Positions 62,932-64,000 of a stretch of 64,000 bases of DNA are shown in pieces. Position numbers and translations under genes: made by a program. Source of the stretch: an uncultured Gammaproteobacteria bacterium. Lineage in GTDB: Bacteria; Pseudomonadota; Gammaproteobacteria; Steroidobacterales; BM003. The DNA is taken from the NCBI GenBank assembly GCA_963823435.1, contig CAWGLN010000001.1, positions 138,365 through 202,364 on the forward strand. The letters run 5' to 3'. Positions within the stretch are counted from its first letter, which is position 1, and the number at the start of each line of letters is the position of its first letter. The notes beneath the pieces are model-generated. The model had not been told where the DNA came from and searched no databases. It saw only the letters and a list, made by a program, of their open reading frames with translations.

Positions 62932-64000
62932 ATGCAACATCGCAAGCTCCTTCTCGCCGCCCTGTCCCTGGTCATGATCGGCGGGTGCAGCCAGAAACAG
63001 ACTCCCCTTGAAACCCCCGTCCAGGCCAGCCTGGGCAGCGGTCTTAGCCAGGACAATATCGATCAAACCGTGCGCCCCCAGGATGACACCTACCGACATG
63101 TCAGCGGCAGCTGGCTGAAGAACACCAGCATCCCGACGGACAAGGCTCGCTATGGCGCGTTCGACCAATTGCGTGAGCGAGCCGAGCTGGACGTACGCGA
63201 ACTGATTGAGCGGGCAGCCTCAAACGAATCCGAGGCTGGAACCCCGGCACGTAAAATCGGCGATTTATACAACAGCTTCATGGACCAGGACGCTGTAAAT
63301 GCGGCGGGCCTTGGGCCGCTGGATACAGAATTGCAGGCGATTGCTGCAATCAGCGACAAGAGCGAACTCATCGGTCACCTTGCCCATATGCAGCGCATGG
63401 GTATTGCAAACCCGCTGGCAGTGTTCGTAAACCAGGATAAGAAGGACTCCACCCGTTACGCTGCCTATATCTACCAGGCCGGTCTGGGCATGCCGGATCG
63501 TTCCTACTACCTGGAAGACCAGTTCAAGGACAAGCGCGAGAAATACGCGGCCTATGTCACGGCCCTGAATACCCTGGCCGGCCTGGATCAGCCGGCCGCA
63601 AGAGCCAGGGCCATACTTGCCATGGAAACCGCCCTGGCCGAGGCACAGTGGGAGCGGGTAAAAAATCGTGACCCCGTGGCTACCTACAACCCCTACACCT
63701 TCGGCCAGGCCCAGGAAGCATTCCCGGGAATGGACTGGGCGCCTTATGCGCGTATTACCGGTTTCGGCGATGAGGAGAAATTCATCGTCTACCAGCCCGA
63801 ATTCATTGCCGCGTTCAGCGAGGCACTGGAAAACACCAGCCTGGACGACTGGAAGGCCTATTTAAGCTACAAGACGCTGGATACCTTCGCGCCGTACCTG
63901 TCGGATTCCTTCGTCGACCTGAATTTCGACTTTTATGGTCGCACCCTGAGCGGTACCGAGGAGAACCGGGCGCGCTGGAAGCGCGGCGTAGAACTCACCA
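62932..64000 (+). CDS. M13-family metallopeptidase (PepO / endothelin-converting-enzyme-like) lipoprotein, N-terminal part (3' end outside the window; absent from the ORF track)
   Basis: The frame stays open from the ATG at 62932 to the window end. It begins MQHRKLLLAALSLVMIGGC (lipobox). DDTYRHVSGSWLKNTSIPTDKARYGAFDQL, KIGDLYNSFMD and DRSYYLED are typical of the M13 N-terminal domain. Confidence 0.8.
   Translation, partial: MQHRKLLLAALSLVMIGGCSQKQTPLETPVQASLGSGLSQDNIDQTVRPQDDTYRHVSGSWLKNTSIPTDKARYGAFDQLRERAELDVRELIERAASNESEAGTPARKIGDLYNSFMDQDAVNAAGLGPLDTELQAIAAISDKSELIGHLAHMQRMGIANPLAVFVNQDKKDSTRYAAYIYQAGLGMPDRSYYLEDQFKDKREKYAAYVTALNTLAGLDQPAARARAILAMETALAEAQWERVKNRDPVATYNPYTFGQAQEAFPGMDWAPYARITGFGDEEKFIVYQPEFIAAFSEALENTSLDDWKAYLSYKTLDTFAPYLSDSFVDLNFDFYGRTLSGTEENRARWKRGVELT

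Overview
High-GC (about 60%) chromosomal segment with the gene content of a marine or environmental gammaproteobacterium. It is mostly core and housekeeping rather than an accessory island. I found no rRNA, tRNA, CRISPR, transposase, integrase or recognisable defence genes.

Gene order:
- metK (partial) and ahcY.
- A three-gene pyruvate:ferredoxin oxidoreductase module: GltD/NfnB-like flavoprotein, PFOR, DHODH-like protein.
- cpdA, a class II aldolase, a rubredoxin too short for the ORF track, hemL, a macro-domain protein, a type III PLP decarboxylase.
- A Lon-N domain protein, mpl, rnd and an alanine:cation symporter.
- A short-chain acyl-CoA and acetate block: a PrpE-like ligase, a DcaP-like porin, acs, CrbR and CrbS, a DUF4212 plus SSS symporter pair, a cNMP/CBS/DUF294 protein and a DEDD exonuclease.
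- A (KKAPA)n histone-H1/AlgP-like gene abutting adk.
- A PPi-dependent PFK next to an H+-pyrophosphatase, then a PAS-GGDEF-EAL protein.
- A pcm-like gene and tolC.
- An LPS-core cluster: waaA, hldE, lpxL, waaF, hldD, GT4, GT2.
- glnE, groES-groEL with a perfect CIRCE operator, cutA-dsbD-tlpA, a HIT protein and a partial M13 peptidase.

Most notable observations:
1. A family of 160-177 bp imperfect-palindromic, MITE-like elements. Three copies sit in intergenic gaps of the acetate locus, and two of them supply the stop codons of neighbouring genes.
2. A 34-unit, 15-bp tandem repeat encoding a perfect (KKAPA)n tract, whose only nucleotide variation is synonymous.
3. An adk gene whose canonical C-terminal helix is encoded in the +1 frame, the same frame that runs into the KKAPA tract.
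4. About 17 apparent single-base frameshifts in otherwise well-conserved genes. Almost all are +1 insertions, and they are strongly enriched between 30 and 35 kb. Sequencing or assembly error cannot be separated from real gene decay using this sequence alone.

All functional calls come from reading the translations by eye. No database search was run.
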